Origin: the human T2T-CHM13v2.0 reference genome, Homo sapiens
Assembly: GCF_009914755.1 (NCBI RefSeq)
Contig: NC_060931.1
DNA length: 64,000 bases
Direction: 5' to 3' (one strand)
Part shown: one piece after another, positions 1 to 63,434 of the stretch
How the letters are laid out: every line of letters begins with the position of its first letter
Numbering within the stretch: position 1 is the first letter of the stretch
The notes under the pieces: generated by a model
Told to the model about the DNA's origin: nothing
The model's database searches: none
What the model saw: only the letters and a program-made list of their open reading frames with translations
Position numbers and translations under genes: made by a program

Positions 1-6
1 ATTTAG

Positions 7-965
<959 letters not shown>

Positions 966-1070
966 CAGACTCTATTTTGATCCCCAAATTTGATTTAGAT
1001 TTGGGGCCATTAAATTTCACTATTTAATAATAACCCTACTGGATGAGAATAAGTGTTTCTCAATTTCTGG

Positions 1071-1444
1071 TGATATGGTTTGGCTGTGTCCCCACCCAGA
1101 ATCTCATCTTGAATTATATTCCCCATAATCCCCACGTGTCAATGGCAGGACCAGGTAGAGGTAATTGGATCATGGGGGCAGTTTCCCCCATGCATTTCTC
1201 TTGATAGTGAATGAATCTCATGAGATCTGATGGTTTTATAAATATCTGGCATTTCCCCTGCTTGCACTCACTCCATTCCACTGCCCTGTGAAGCAGGTGC
1301 CTGCTTCTCCTTTGCCTTCCGCCATGATTATAAGTTTCCTGAGGTTTCCTCCCTAGCATTACAGAACTGTGAGTTAATTAAACCTTTCCTTTATAAATTA
1401 CCCAGTCTCAGGTGTTTTTTCATAGCAGTATGAGGACTGATATA
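1071..1444 (+). mobile_element. THE1 (MaLR) solo LTR
   Basis: Starts tgatatggtttggctgtgtccccaccc; 5-bp TSD TCTGG at 1066-1070 and 1445-1449. Confidence 0.9.
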
Positions 1445-1904
1445 TCTGGGTACTTAACATTGGTTTTCGTCTGTGGTTTTTTTACATATACTTAGGGCTG
1501 CCATGTACAGCTATATATGTACTTCACGACACAATTGCAGGGAGAGCCATTCATGTAAATGACAATGTCTGTGGTTCTCCCTGGAGCTGTGCAGTGAGGC
1601 AGCCTACTACACTTATCATCACTTCTGTGGTGCTGGTTAGTTTAATTGGCATTACTATTTAAATTGTCTTGATTCAACTGAGTATTTAAGAGTCTCATGT
1701 TAACTTCCAAGAGAATTCCTCTTTAGCCTCTGTGCCATGAAATTTTGTGTCTGTGTGGATTAATTTGGATATATAGAAAGGGGACAGATATTCAGTCAGT
1801 ATTTAAAACATGAAAAACATACAATTTAAGATTTAAATATACCATCAATTTGGAAATAACATTCTTTTTTTTTCATGCTTAATCTCTGATAATTAGGGAT
1901 TATC

Positions 1905-2671
1905 AGATAGCAACTGGGCATTCTACAATTCAGTCATATTGTGACATTACTCAGTTAACATCAAACTCTGTAAGGGCTCACTCAGTCCCACAAAACTGCC
2001 CTCACTTCAGGCACCAATCACAAGTCCTGGGTCCCCAGGCCACCCCACCTCTGTCTGACTTTGCTACCAATTCAGGGCTTCCCATAACCTTCTCTGAGGT
2101 TTGATAATTTGCCAGAATGACTCATAAAACTCAGGAAAACTCTTCGCTTGCATTCACTGGTTTATTATTAAAGGACACAATTCAGGAACAACCAGATGGA
2201 AGAGATGAATAAGGCAAGGTGTTGGTTGGTGGGTCAGGGAGTTTCCATGCCATCTTTAGCATGCTGCCCTCCCAGCACTTTGATGTGTTCAACAACCCAG
2301 GAACTCACTGAATCCCATTGTTTAGGGGTTTTTATGGAGGTTTCATTACATAGGCGTGATTGACTAAACCATTGGCCATTGGTGATAGAATTCAATCTCC
2401 AACACCGTTCCTGGGAGGTCAAGGGGTATGGCTGAAAGTTCCATCCCTTTAATCAAGGCTTGGTCTTTCCGGTGATCAGCCTCTGTCATGAAGCTATCTA
2501 GGTCCTCCTACCACTAGAGTCACCTTAGCATAAACTCAAGTATGATTGATTGGGGCTTATTATGAATAACAAAAGATGCTCCTATTACTCAGGAAATTCC
2601 AAGGATGTTAGGAGTTTTGTTCCAGGAATGAGGGACAAGGACCAAATATATGTATTTTTAATTATATCACA
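1905..2671 (-). mobile_element. MER21-family LTR
   Basis: Recognisable segments cagtcccacaaaactgccctcacttcag and ttttatggaggtttcattacataggc; terminus attatatcaca. Confidence 0.65.
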
Positions 2672-2784
2672 TTTGAATATTCTGAAAAGTTTGCAGTAGT
2701 ATAATGTTTTAAAAAACTAGAAAAACTCAACAATAGAGGATTGATATTAAAATAATGAAATAATATATATCCATTAGAAAGGAG

Positions 2785-3089
2785 TTTTTTTTTTTTTTTT
2801 TTTTTTTTTAGACAGAGTCTCTCTGTTGCCCAGGCTGGAGTGCAGTGGCGCCATCTCGGCTCACTGCAACCACCACCACCTGAGTTCAAGTGATTCTCCT
2901 GCCTCAGCCTCCTGAGTAGTTGGGACTACAGGCGCCTGCCACCACACCCAGCTAATATTTTTTGTATTGTCAGTAGAGACAGGGTTTCACCATGTTGGCC
3001 AGGATGGTCTTGATCTCCTGACCTCGTGATCTGCCTGCCTCGGTCCCCCAAAGTGCTGGAATTACAGGTGTGAGCCACTGCACCCGGCC
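2785..3089 (-). mobile_element. Alu with TSD
   Basis: Poly-T, Alu body, TSD agaaaggagtttt on both sides. Confidence 0.93.
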
Positions 3090-4084
3090 AGAAAGGAGTT
3101 TTAATAAACAGTTTTGAACTTGATTAGCAATTTCAGCAGTTTCCAAATGGAAGTATTCGTTGGTAGAAAATCTACCAGCAGGAGAAGAGAATTATAGAAA
3201 GCTGCCAACACAGTACAGGCAGTCTGCAATTTATGAAAGAGTTGTGTTCTAAAAGTTGGCTGTTTGAAATTCTGAACACTTTCCCAAAGAAACAATGTTG
3301 TAAATACTCTGGGCCCAAGTCAGGCTAGAACAGCCTTAATTTTACCCATGGAATTCTTGGAATACATGTAGTATCCACACTTCTATTTATGACAGTTTTG
3401 AGTCAACTGCGTCTTCAGTTTCAGCTAGAACCATCTAAAACTGATCTTCCTTCAGTAGAGTTGCGAATTCGGAGAATATGTTAAGCATAGCATAGCTTCA
3501 GATATTAATTAAACTTCTGGCCAATGGCAACCTGTTAACTAAATCTTCAGAACAGAAGATAGATTTCTACACCTGCCCTTAACTCCAAGATTATAGGATG
3601 GAAATAAGATTTCCTTCAGAAGTTAAGAACTGCTTGTGATTGTCTTATTTATTTATTTATTTTTAATCCTAAAAGCAATACATATCCATTTAAAAATAAT
3701 TAAAAGTAGAGGTAGTATGCTCCACTTGCTGTGAAATCATTTAGAAAATTGTTTTTGTGTACACATACAACACAGCTAGAACAAGTGTGGCTAAAAAAAG
3801 CAATGCAGTTGGTAAATAAAGATGAAGTTTGTTAGGTTGTTCATATTCTTTTAACTTTCTGTATGTTTGAAAATTTCAAAACAAAATGGTGGCGATTTTT
3901 TTTTAAAGTAACAGGAGTATTCGCTTATCTTCCATCCCCAACCTCATTCTCCTCTCCAGAGTTAAAACCTCTGCTAGCAGTGTATATAGATTTTCAAGTG
4001 TCTTTTCAAGCATGTTTTTTAAATCCATTTACAGAAAATTTTTTTTGCACAAACGGAATCACAGTATATACAGAATCATACTAC

Positions 4085-4919
<835 letters not shown>

Positions 4920-4960
4920 CTGTTGACTGATATTCTACTTGCTTTTAAAATTTAACAGTA

Positions 4961-5412
4961 TTTATTAGTTTTCTCTTGCTGCTGAAAAATTACCACAAAT
5001 GTAGTGCCTTAAAACAACACAAATTTATTAAAGTTCTGAGGTCAGAATTCCGAAATTGGTTTCACTGGGCTAAAATCAAGGTGTTGGCTGGGCTCCATTT
5101 CTTCTGGAAGCTCCAGGAGAGACTCGATTTTCTTGCTGTTTCCACCTCCTAAAGGTCTCCTGCATTTCTTGTTTCATGGCCCTTTCTTCCATCTTTAAAG
5201 CCAATGGAATAGCATCTTCAAATATCTTTTTCACTGATTCCTCTGCCTCTCTTATAAGGACTCTGTGATTACACTTTACCCGCCTGGATAATCCCTAGCT
5301 CAAGATCCTTAATCATATCTGCAAAGTCCCTTTTGCCCTTTTGCCAAGTAAGGTAACAAATAGAGTCCGGGGATTAGGATATCTTTGGAAGGCCATTATT
5401 TCGCCTACCACA
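4961..5412 (-). mobile_element. MLT1 (MaLR) LTR
   Basis: ttaccacaaa..ttaaaacaacacaaatttatt ... ggccattatt..gcctaccaca. Confidence 0.8.
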
Positions 5413-6164
5413 TAGGATATTGTGGCCGTCTTGCTTTATCAGTATATATGAATCTGACATTCTTTTTAACAGCTGGACAAAACTGATATAAACCACTGAT
5501 GTAACCACTCATGATGAATATTTAGGTTTCCCTTTTATGCTGAAATAAATTATACTGCTATGAACATTTTTGTATGTATCTGAATATGTGAGAGTATCTA
5601 TGGGATAAATTTCTAAAACTGAAATTGCTGAGTCAAAGGTGGTAAAAGATAAATTTTGGCACATTAAGATTTTAAGAAGTGTATGTGAGCAGACAGTGCT
5701 TCATGAGTCAGGCAGCATCAAACCAGAAGTGGTTGGGGCTCTACTAAAGGAGCATGGGGAAGGCATTTATAGGGTGAATATAGAAGTAGAGCAAAGAAAT
5801 TCTTTCATTAAAATTTGAGCAGTTGCCTTATTTTGGTCATGCCTGTGGGAAGTTCAAGAAGATGTAACTGATGCCCAGTTGGCTGCCTGTGATTGGCTGA
5901 GCTAAGCTTGGTGATCTTTTAAATTTACTTTTGGTTTGCTTAAGTATAAAACCCTGAGCCTTAAAGCCACCTCAGTCTAAGGGCCTCTCATTTTGTTATC
6001 TTAATTATCTTGATAATACGGCCAAGTTGCCCTCCAAACTGTTGTGCCAGTGTACCGTACATTCCTACAGCCGGCTTCTCCACTCTGTTGTCAAATATTC
6101 AGTCTTTTTAATGTTTTTCAGTAGATGGGTAAAAATTATATTAATTCAAATTGCATTTCCATGA

Positions 6165-6517
<353 letters not shown>

Positions 6518-7034
6518 TGTACTACTTTTTTTAGAATTTTCTGTATTAAACTTTTTGGACCCTAAAGAGAAACATATTTCATGATGCATCATGAGAATTG
6601 GGGTACATAATGTTTGTTTATTTAAAACCATGTTTATTTCATACAAAATTCATTTTAAATAAATATCTGTACATCAAAATTTAATGATTTTCAAAAAGAT
6701 TGTTTAGTAATAATTACCAGGACTCCTTATGATAAATACTATATATGGGACTTTGGTATTGATTATATAAAATATGATTATTTATTTTTTTACATTTATT
6801 TTTGGTGTTAAAAAATAATTCTGAATTGGTAACTTTTTTAACTCTAAAATTGCCAACTTCATAACATCATCTTTGAATTTGTGTGTATCTTACCTCATTG
6901 TCACATCCTGCCTTCCCTCACACTTTAGAAAATTGTCCAACAAAGCAAACTGGGATGAAACCTGTATGATAAATATATAGAGAAGATACAGAGAAATGTA
7001 ACTGGAGGTTATTTATGCCTCACCTTCAGTTAAT

Positions 7035-7953
<919 letters not shown>

Positions 7954-8457
7954 TTAACGTTGGCTTTCCTGTGATTCAAGTGGCAGCTTGATTTCATTGA
8001 AATGTGGAAAGATGAGCCATCCTATTTTTCCACATTAAAGGATTGGTTCCAAAAGTGATTCTGGGCTCAACTTGGGGCTCCTTTGTTGGACCTCTCCTAC
8101 TCAATTCAGTAGGCTGTTGGTTTTCCTCAGGGCCCTGTGGCTTCAATTACCATCTGTTTGATGACAGCCCCCAGATATCAATCTGCAGTTCAATCACCAA
8201 CCCCACTACCATTATGCACATTAAAGTTTAACCGACCTTAAATCAGAAAGTGGAGAAAGGCTTATAAACTTTTCCTCCTTTTACTGCTTTTTTTCCCCCT
8301 CTTCCATGCCATAGGTTTGCTGATGATATCAAATGACATTATACAGTGTGGCTTATCCCGACTTCTGTCATTCAGGGTTTAAAAGCATTTTTACCTATCA
8401 GAATAAAATGCTTCCTTTGGTCAACCACCTTTTGGCTAACATTCCTTACTATTTTAG

Positions 8458-49289
<40,832 letters not shown>

Positions 49290-49526
49290 GCAAGGCGTCA
49301 GAGGCTGCTATTGCTTTCTGAGGTTTAAGTGTCCCCTGTCTGTCTGCTGCTCCCAGGCTGTTACTAGCCACAGATCCACAGCAGGGGACCATATGTCGAA
49401 CTGTTTACATGGATGTTGCTCTAAGTGAATGTTTCGGGATGCCGAAATGATGAAATCACAGCCATAGCAGGGATGGCTTTCCAGGTTGGGGTTTCAATTG
49501 ACTACTTTTATTTCAGTCTGAGCCTG

Positions 49527-49532
49527 ATTAAA
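49527..49532 (+). terminator. Proximal poly(A) signal ATTAAA
   Basis: ATTAAA followed about 25 nt later by U/GU-rich gaattttgagttttgatattg. Confidence 0.55.
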
Positions 49533-49988
49533 ACATACAGTGAACCTTCTAATGAATTTTGAGTTTTGATATTGTACATTGGTTTACTTTAGAAGAGTTT
49601 TTACTTATGTAAATTTTGTTCTGTTTTGGTGTTTGAATATCTAGATGGTCACTGTAATTTATACTTGCTAAAATTAATTTATATTACCATTTTCTCTAAA
49701 GTTGGCCTTAAAACGTGCTTATAAAGTGAAGGGGTCATACAGTTGGGCCTTCATTATTTTGCTGAATTATGTGATGATTTTTTTGCTTTCTACCCACAAA
49801 ACATTTATTAATTCACTTCCTCCCAGAAACATGAAAGTTAGAGGTGGTAGTTCTGAGGATTGGGTGTTTTGTTTTACGTTTTTAGTTTGTTCTTTCCACA
49901 TCCTTAAAAACTTGGTTTCAGACATCAAGGAGTATCACTGTGCTTTCCTCCTCTTTATAACTGTGCAGGTGGGTGTGCAGAGAAATAG

Positions 49989-50549
<561 letters not shown>

Positions 50550-53500
50550 TAACTGAAAGTCCTCCTATAATCAATCCCTACCCCCTTCTAGAAGTATCTT
50601 AAAAGAAAAGCAAGGTGATTGTAAGTATTAAATAGAAATCTCATCTTAGTTTATATTCAGCAAAGTAAGAGGCAAGAGAAGAAAACTGCAGCCTTGACAT
50701 CTGTCATCTGAGAAAGGACATCTGGTTTCATGTTAGGCACATACATGCATGTGTGTGCCATCTACTGATGATTTGTACACAGCTGGACCTCGTGTGTTTG
50801 CCATGCTCAGCTCTCATTTGCTTTTCAAGGATACCTGGGATGGCTGTTCTCAGAGAGTACTTACGGGGAACAGACTGCCTTTTAGTAACAAGGGATACTT
50901 GGGAAATACATTGTGAGTATGATCTATCCCAGATTGCTGGGGAAATAAAGGAGGGCCCTGATTATATTTGGTTTATTCCTCACTAAATGTTTAAGAAGTA
51001 AATGCTCCCAAGGCATTTGAAATGAACATAGAAACATAATCTAAATGTCTCTAAATTTTCCACTTTGTGTTTTCTAAACACAAATTGTATTACTCATTTG
51101 AGCATAACTCAAGAATTCAGCGATGATAAATTGAAGGGCTGAATGTGAGAACTCCATTAATTCCACTTCTTCCAAGAAAGTTAACCTCAGGAAATACTGT
51201 TTGAAGAGAAGAAAGTAGTACCAAACAAAAACCTTAAACAGTACTTGAATCTTTTTTGCGCTGAGACTATAAAGAATTCATTCTAACATCTTGTTTCATA
51301 AGGGCCACATCATTCGTTGGAGCATGATAGTGTGATTTGTGTACAATTGTTACCTCTCAGCTGCTGAAGTTCACACTTCAAGGATCTAGGAGCTCTGTGA
51401 GGGGTCGTCCAGCAAGATGCTGATTTGTCTTTCAGTTGGTATGGTTTCTGTGATCGGGGTAAACTCCCGTCTCCCACTATTCAAAAGCAGCCCAACTCAT
51501 GCTTTGGAATCCACTGAAATAAAAATAGTTACATGAAGTTTAACTTTGCTTTAATATCACTTGTTCCTCATTGAATATACACTTTGATCAGACTTTCTAT
51601 TAACATTTCTAGCTAAGAGTTTGACTCTTAGTGGTCACTTTACTGACTTTCCAACATAAAACAAGTATCTCAGAAGATACAGCTTTCATCATAGAAATGG
51701 TCAAAAGACCATAGCTATATTTCCTTCAGGTTCTGGGAGGTGGAGTTTTTCAAGGAACACTGGCTGTTGTGTTGTTGGCAGGGGCCCCAAGGCAGCTCGC
51801 ACAATCAAAGGCAGGAAGCCTCACCCCTGGTCCTGTGACCCCCCCCACCCCACACACACACATACTTCAGGCTTGGATTCTAGGCTCCAAGTGGCCAGCA
51901 TAGAAGCAGCAGCCTCTCTCCAAACCCTGGCTCTGTGAGCCATAGGAACCAGCACTAGGTCATCTTCTGACATAGCCCTGGTGAAGGTGTGTGTGTGTTG
52001 GTGGCCACACTTGCTAAGGCTTTTGTGTCTAAGAATTGAGTATTTGTACCTAGGTGTGAGGGAACCAGGGTCAGCCAGCCTTTTTCAGATGGCGCCAGGC
52101 ACACACACTACATCAATGGCTTGCTGGTGGCTTCACCACTATCCAGGTGACTTAAAAGAGTGTTTGGAAAATGTCCCTGGTATACTTCAATTCCTACTAG
52201 ACATTGTAATGACAATGGTGTAGGTAAGGAAGAGAGAGTTAAAACTACCAGTTGTGGAATAGAAATAGTTGCATGTCCAAAGAAGGCTTAGAATGATTGT
52301 GCATATGCAGTTGGCTCACATAACCAGCATGAACAGTCTCTCCCCAAATCCATTAGTGATTCACTACCCCCCGCCAAGCACAGCCCTAAAACAATTCTCG
52401 TCCACTTTCCTGTTAAGAAACACAGCAGCAATATACTTTGGCAGCAAACCAGAGCATATGATGTAACTTGCTCAACCTTATCTTCCTTTCCAAATTCTAT
52501 ACTAAGCATCTGATGTTTTTTAGAATAATTTCCTTTGGAAAGCCAATGAGAAAACAAATTAGGAAGAGAGAGAAGTGAGAAATTGTTGCATGGCTGAGGA
52601 ACAAGATGCTTAAAATCTGAATGGAAGTATTTTGAGAGCAGTATTTCATGTGCTAAGGGTTATAAGAATTCTTTTAGAAAGGGATTAGAATTTTACTCTG
52701 CTAGTTACAAGTTTTAAAGTCACGCTACGGCATTATCACCCTGGCAGGTAGGTTTTGTTATTGTTTTACATTTTGTGAAAAAAAGTTTTGTAGAAGTTAC
52801 AGCTAGTGGTCTTTTCCCTCCAGAGCCAGTGATGAGTGTGGGAGCACTTCAGCTCTGTAAGGGGCCAGCGTTCTGACCTTTAACCACATGAACTAACCTG
52901 CGTCAGCAGTTGCAGAAAGTAGCCTGTTAGGACAGCAGCTGCTAAGCGTTGCCTGGTATTTTAGTGGGGAGAAGGCTGGGACTCTTCATGGCATCAACAC
53001 TTGCATGCTCTGAATCTTTGATCAGAGATGAGGTGCCATTTTTGGCATTTCCACCCCGTCTCGTGGTAGCCTTTAAAAGTGGTAGAAGATGCTGCCCTAA
53101 TTCCCCGAGGATGATTGTCATTCCATGCAGCATAATGTGCCGTGAGGAGTTTTCTCATTCCAGTTCTTTGGACTTCGTAACATTGGAATTGTTTTTCCAT
53201 AATTTCCGGCATTCCATAAATATTTGTCAAGGACAAAGAAAAGGAATGTGGATGTTTATTCTTTTCATATGAATGACTTTGTACACATGACTTCCTGCTT
53301 TCATTATGAAGGAGGGGAAACTAGTTCCCTTGTATGGTAACTCCAAAGTTAAAAAATTGTGCATGTCTGAGGGGTTGAATATATTTTGTAAAACTCTAAA
53401 TACATTTGTATTTCTGTGCTGTTCTAAAGTTTACCTTTTTACTTATATGAAAGATAACTATATATTTAAATCATGTAAGTGGAACACAGTGTAGGGGGTT

Positions 53501-54063
53501 TTTCCAATCTTATTTTTCATCAGGTTCTCACACCCACGTAGTATGCTGCTCAAATTTTTTCGTGTGTGCAAATGTGAACATTTGAACATTTCAGTTAGGT
53601 ACTGAGCCAGAAAAGGTAATTGAAGTTTTCAGAAAGCTTCTGTGCTTAGAAAATATTTTGTTGTTTTCTTAAAATATTAGTATTTTGTAGCTGGAAGAAT
53701 AAGATCAAGGCTTACATGTTTCAGGCCACTTGGTCACTGGTTCCTGAATTTAGAAAACATTGGATTAATGAGTTGGTGAAGGCATTTAGTGGTTACAAAA
53801 ACAGTTTAAATATTTATGATTAAAGGCTTTTCACAAACCTTTTTAAAGAAAATTTAGCTGAGAAAACTTAAAAAGTTTTCTAAGGAAGTTTAACTGTGGC
53901 ACATGTTTTGATCAGAAAGGTAGTTCTCTTTGCTCTGGTAGTTTTAAAGTTTGTACTAGTTCTTTATTTCTGTTGTTTTTTTAAATTGTTAAAATTATAA
54001 ATCACGTCTAATCATACTGAATTGTAAAACTTGAATTGTATCTTTATTTTAAGCATAAATGAG

Positions 54064-54069
54064 AATAAA
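54064..54069 (+). terminator. Distal poly(A) signal AATAAA
   Basis: Canonical hexamer with U-rich and UGUA-containing upstream sequence; GU-rich tgtgtgttgt lies downstream. Confidence 0.7.
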
Positions 54070-55626
54070 ATGATCCTGTTCACCCTGCCTACAGTTGGAC
54101 TTGACCTGTCCTTCTAGAAGTACCCTGTGTGTTGTCCATGTGGTTTCTGGCCTCCTTCACAGTTAAACGGCAGCTTCATTTATTAAGAAACCACACAGAA
54201 TGAACTAAAGACTCATGACTCATTTACTCTCATTTTGACATCGCTTTGACAGTGGTGCCCAGCTTTCAAGGCAGTGACCTCTGCAGGAAGAGGCCCTTAG
54301 CTTCTGTGGAATGCTAAGTGCAGAGAGCTGCAAAAAGTATCAAGCAGAGCCTGGTCACAAGATAATGTCTCATTAGGATATTGTCCCAAGCAACCCATTT
54401 TGCACCTGGACTGATAAGTGTCAAAATAGCCCTTGATATTGCCACTGAAGACTCCTGCCACATTTTCATGTATATGTTCATGTACTGGGTTCCCTTACAA
54501 CTGTTCTACAAAACAGGCTTTAGGATGTGCTTCACAGAAGAAGTGACAAACTTCCTTGCCCCCTGGGAATGTGTGCTTCCTTGAGTGCTGGTGCAGGGTT
54601 AAGCTGGAGTTACCAGTGTTCTTTGATGTGGACCGTGAGAGCCCTGGAGCTGATGGGATAACTTGAGGACAGTGGAGCTTCCTCTACTCAGGGAAAGGAA
54701 GGCATCTCCTTCCCTTTCCAGATGTCCCCCTCAGACTGAGCTCTCCTGTGGGGATGTGATGGGTCCCTATCACCCACCAAGGAAGAGCTGCCTACCCTTC
54801 ATTCTGATAGGACAGGAGTTGCAGTTATTGAATCTGGTAACATCTGGAAGGAGTGTGATTAGGGAGCCTGTTCTTTCCAAGGAAAGTTCTTTCCATCCTT
54901 CATGAAGGGCTTCTCTCTGCCTGAGGTAATGTACACAGGGTTGGGGAAGCCACTGCAGCAGGACTGACCTGTCCAACTTCACCATCAACAGATCCTCACA
55001 TGGCACGCATAGACACTTTGTATGATCATGAAGATCAGAATGGTCGTGTTCTGTGTTCTTGATCCCATGAACCACCTGCTTTTGGAACCACTGACATCCC
55101 AACATAACATAATTAAGACTCAAATGTTTTTAAACATTTCACTGGACTGGGCTGCACTCCTGGAGCACATAGATGTAGGCTAGGCCCAGAAAAATGATGA
55201 AAGCCACTTACTGAAATGCTGATCATTGCTGAGGGCAAGTGATGGGTACATAAGGGCTTCTTAGACTATTCTGTTTGTGTATGTTGGAGAATTTCCATAA
55301 CGAAGAGTTAGAAACTACTTGCTAGCCATTAAACAACGTCGTTACCCATGAAAAGGCACTAGTTCCTGTGCGGCGGACCCTGAGGGCCTGACTTAGGAAC
55401 TGGCTTAATTTCGTAGCTTCTCCATGGATGCCCTGGCCTCCACAAGCCCTCTCACCAACTGAAACCTTGGCTGCTGCTGTTGCCTTCCCATCCCTCTAGT
55501 TGTTGGAGGAGCACTATTGAGAGAACCCGTAGTACACAGTAATCGAAGACCCAGCCCAACCTCTCTTCCTCCTGAAAGTCTTCCCCAGGCTACTCTGAGT
55601 CCTTTCTAATACCTGGATTCTCAGGG

Positions 55627-56235
<609 letters not shown>

Positions 56236-57959
56236 AAAATACCTGGATTCAGTACTTACTGAGGACTATGTAAAGCGGTGCTTCCCAGTCTTGGAGACTT
56301 GCCATACAGTGCCACACATAGTCCCTGACACGTTCAGTTCCTACTCCGTGGACCTTGCTGTTCAGCAGGTGCGGGTGGGCGGTCACTGTAGAGGGGAGAG
56401 AGTGCTGGGTGGTGAGGGAGCACGAGTGGCGCCAACACACCACAGGGGGTAACTGCTTTTTCACAGGGACCAATAAATATCTCTTCCCCTGAGTCTAAGT
56501 TGAGGCCTGAGGGAGTTTTCCAGGTGAGGTGGGAGTGAGGGGAGAGACCATGAGACGTAAAGGGCTCTGTGGCCTGGCAGAGCAGCACAAAGACTGGAAG
56601 CAGCGCGGCTTGAGGGGATGTTTTTTGGAGTGGCCGAAACCGAAATGGCAAGGACGACAGGCTAGAGATGAGGTCAGGAAATAAGGCCATATCTGGAGGA
56701 GAGCCCTGTCAGCCCGCGGACAGGGGAAAGCCTTCAAGGGTTTCCCACAGGCAGGTGGCAGGTTGGCTGGGTGTTGCCTGTGGAAAGTTCTTTCGGTCGT
56801 GGGCACCACTGCTTCTGCTTTGCCCTTTGCTGTAAAGTTAGTGATGTTCCTCAGCTGACCTCTGAACTCAACCACCGCCCCTTTCCCTTCCTCACTGGCC
56901 TTCACAGTTTTCCACTGACTTTAAATCACATTTGCCCCAAACATAATAAAGCCAAGAACAAAAGTCTATGGCATGGCCCTCAGTCAAAAACCAGTTACTG
57001 TGAGAACACTGTTTTCCCGATTTCCCCAGGCATTAGGTCCGTGGAAGTTGTTGATGAAAAGAACCTGTCAAGTGATGGTGTCCCTGCCAGGAAGCCAAGA
57101 GCACAGAGGGCACTTGAGCATCTGTTTCCATTACTCTCTCTGGCTAAGTGGAGACCCAGGAGACATGTGGCACCACCGCTGTGGTGATGTGTTTAAACTT
57201 GGAGAAAACCCGCTGTTTCTTCATGTCATTTACAAGCACAAAGGGAGTCATTTATACATTCAAAAAGCCCATCTGCCGCTAACATCTAGACTTTCAATTA
57301 TATTCAATTCATAGAATTATTTTTTCTGATAAAATTTAACCACATTCATGCTCTCAGGAATGCCAAGGTTAAAAGTGGGGCAATGGAGAATTTCTAAAGT
57401 AGCCTGTCCACCTGCCTCCTCAAGCTCTGCCCTAGAAAACCATCACTGAGCAGCACTTCCTAGAAACCACGGAGACTGAAGCAAAATTACCCCGTCCTTG
57501 GCTCTCACATCCTGAATTGGTTCTTTGTACAGGATCATCCATCTAGAAACCAAAGCTACTGTGGCCTTGATAAACCACTCACTCTCGCTAAATACTTTCC
57601 AAATGGAAATTCCAAGGTAAAGTTTTAACAGATGAAGATGAATGAGTATTTTTTGTGTCACCCATTTTATGGTCATCAAAACCACAAGGTCAGCAGGACT
57701 AGAATTTTTAAATCTTATATATTTTATGACCTTTAAAGTGTGTTTTTTCATTAGTGACATATCCCTCACTTTGGGACTCAAAGTGGAAATCATTTTTGAG
57801 TGTGGTTAATTCCATTCCTTTGAGCATCTGGGCTTAATCCTTAAAATTTTCTTTTGGGACCTTATTGGAAATGAAGGATTAACTAGTCACCACTCCTCCG
57901 GTTGGAAAACGTGTCTTTTGTTTCCTTTTTTGCTTTTTTTTTTAATTTTTGATCTTTAA

Positions 57960-58088
<129 letters not shown>

Positions 58089-58272
58089 TAAATTGTCAAG
58101 TTAACCCTGTGACCACCCTCCCTTGAAGGACAGGCTATTGTGTTTCCAAAGCTTCTAATGTAATTCATAGGAACTCAAAATGGATTTCCCATATGGACAG
58201 TGTTGTTTATGGGAGCTATGTCTCAGCTCAAAAAAGGCAGCTCACCAGACAGCCAGAGTAGATACCAAAATA

Positions 58273-58781
<509 letters not shown>

Positions 58782-59005
58782 TGTGGTATAAAGGTACTAG
58801 AGAACTGTGCAACAGATGGAAACGTGTTAAGTGACAACCTGGCAGCTGAAACCGTAACTTCCATTCGCCGCAGCCCCAGCAGAGTAAGTTAAGCTTCACT
58901 CAGTCTTGTCTTAACACAAAACCACTTGCTATGGGTGAGGGCTGTCTGGGTCCAGAAGATAACAGATTAGATCTGTACAGATACATGATATAAAGAAAGT
59001 GATGG

Positions 59006-62185
<3,180 letters not shown>

Positions 62186-62549
62186 TTATGATATATTTCC
62201 CTTCTCAACAACAGATTGTTTAGTGTGTCAGATTTTTGAACTTTATACAAGTTGAATCATACATACATATTACCCTGTGACTTGCTTTTTCTTGCATATT
62301 AAGTTTCTGAGCGTCATGTCGCTTTGTCTATCTGTAGATCATTTTCACTGCCAGGAAGTATTCTATTGTGTGAAAATACTGCAGTTCATTTCCACACTCA
62401 ATTGTTCATGAGTTCATGAACAATTTTTTTGGTCTTCCCCTCCCCAATCGATGTTTGCTATTATAGTAGGCCCCCCTCGAGCATCATGTGCCTGGAATTT
62501 AAAAAAAAAAAAAAAAAAGAAAGAAAGAAAGAAAAAGAAACAAAAAATA

Positions 62550-63432
<883 letters not shown>

Positions 63433-63434
63433 GT

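Noticed and set aside
56425-56762. CTCF-like motifs (accacagggggta; caggcaggtggcag)
   Set aside because: Mismatches in the CCASY core; too weak to call by eye
57443-57793. 116-aa minus-strand ORF as a DPY19L-like pseudogene exon
   Set aside because: No recognisable similarity to DPY19 proteins; probably a chance ORF
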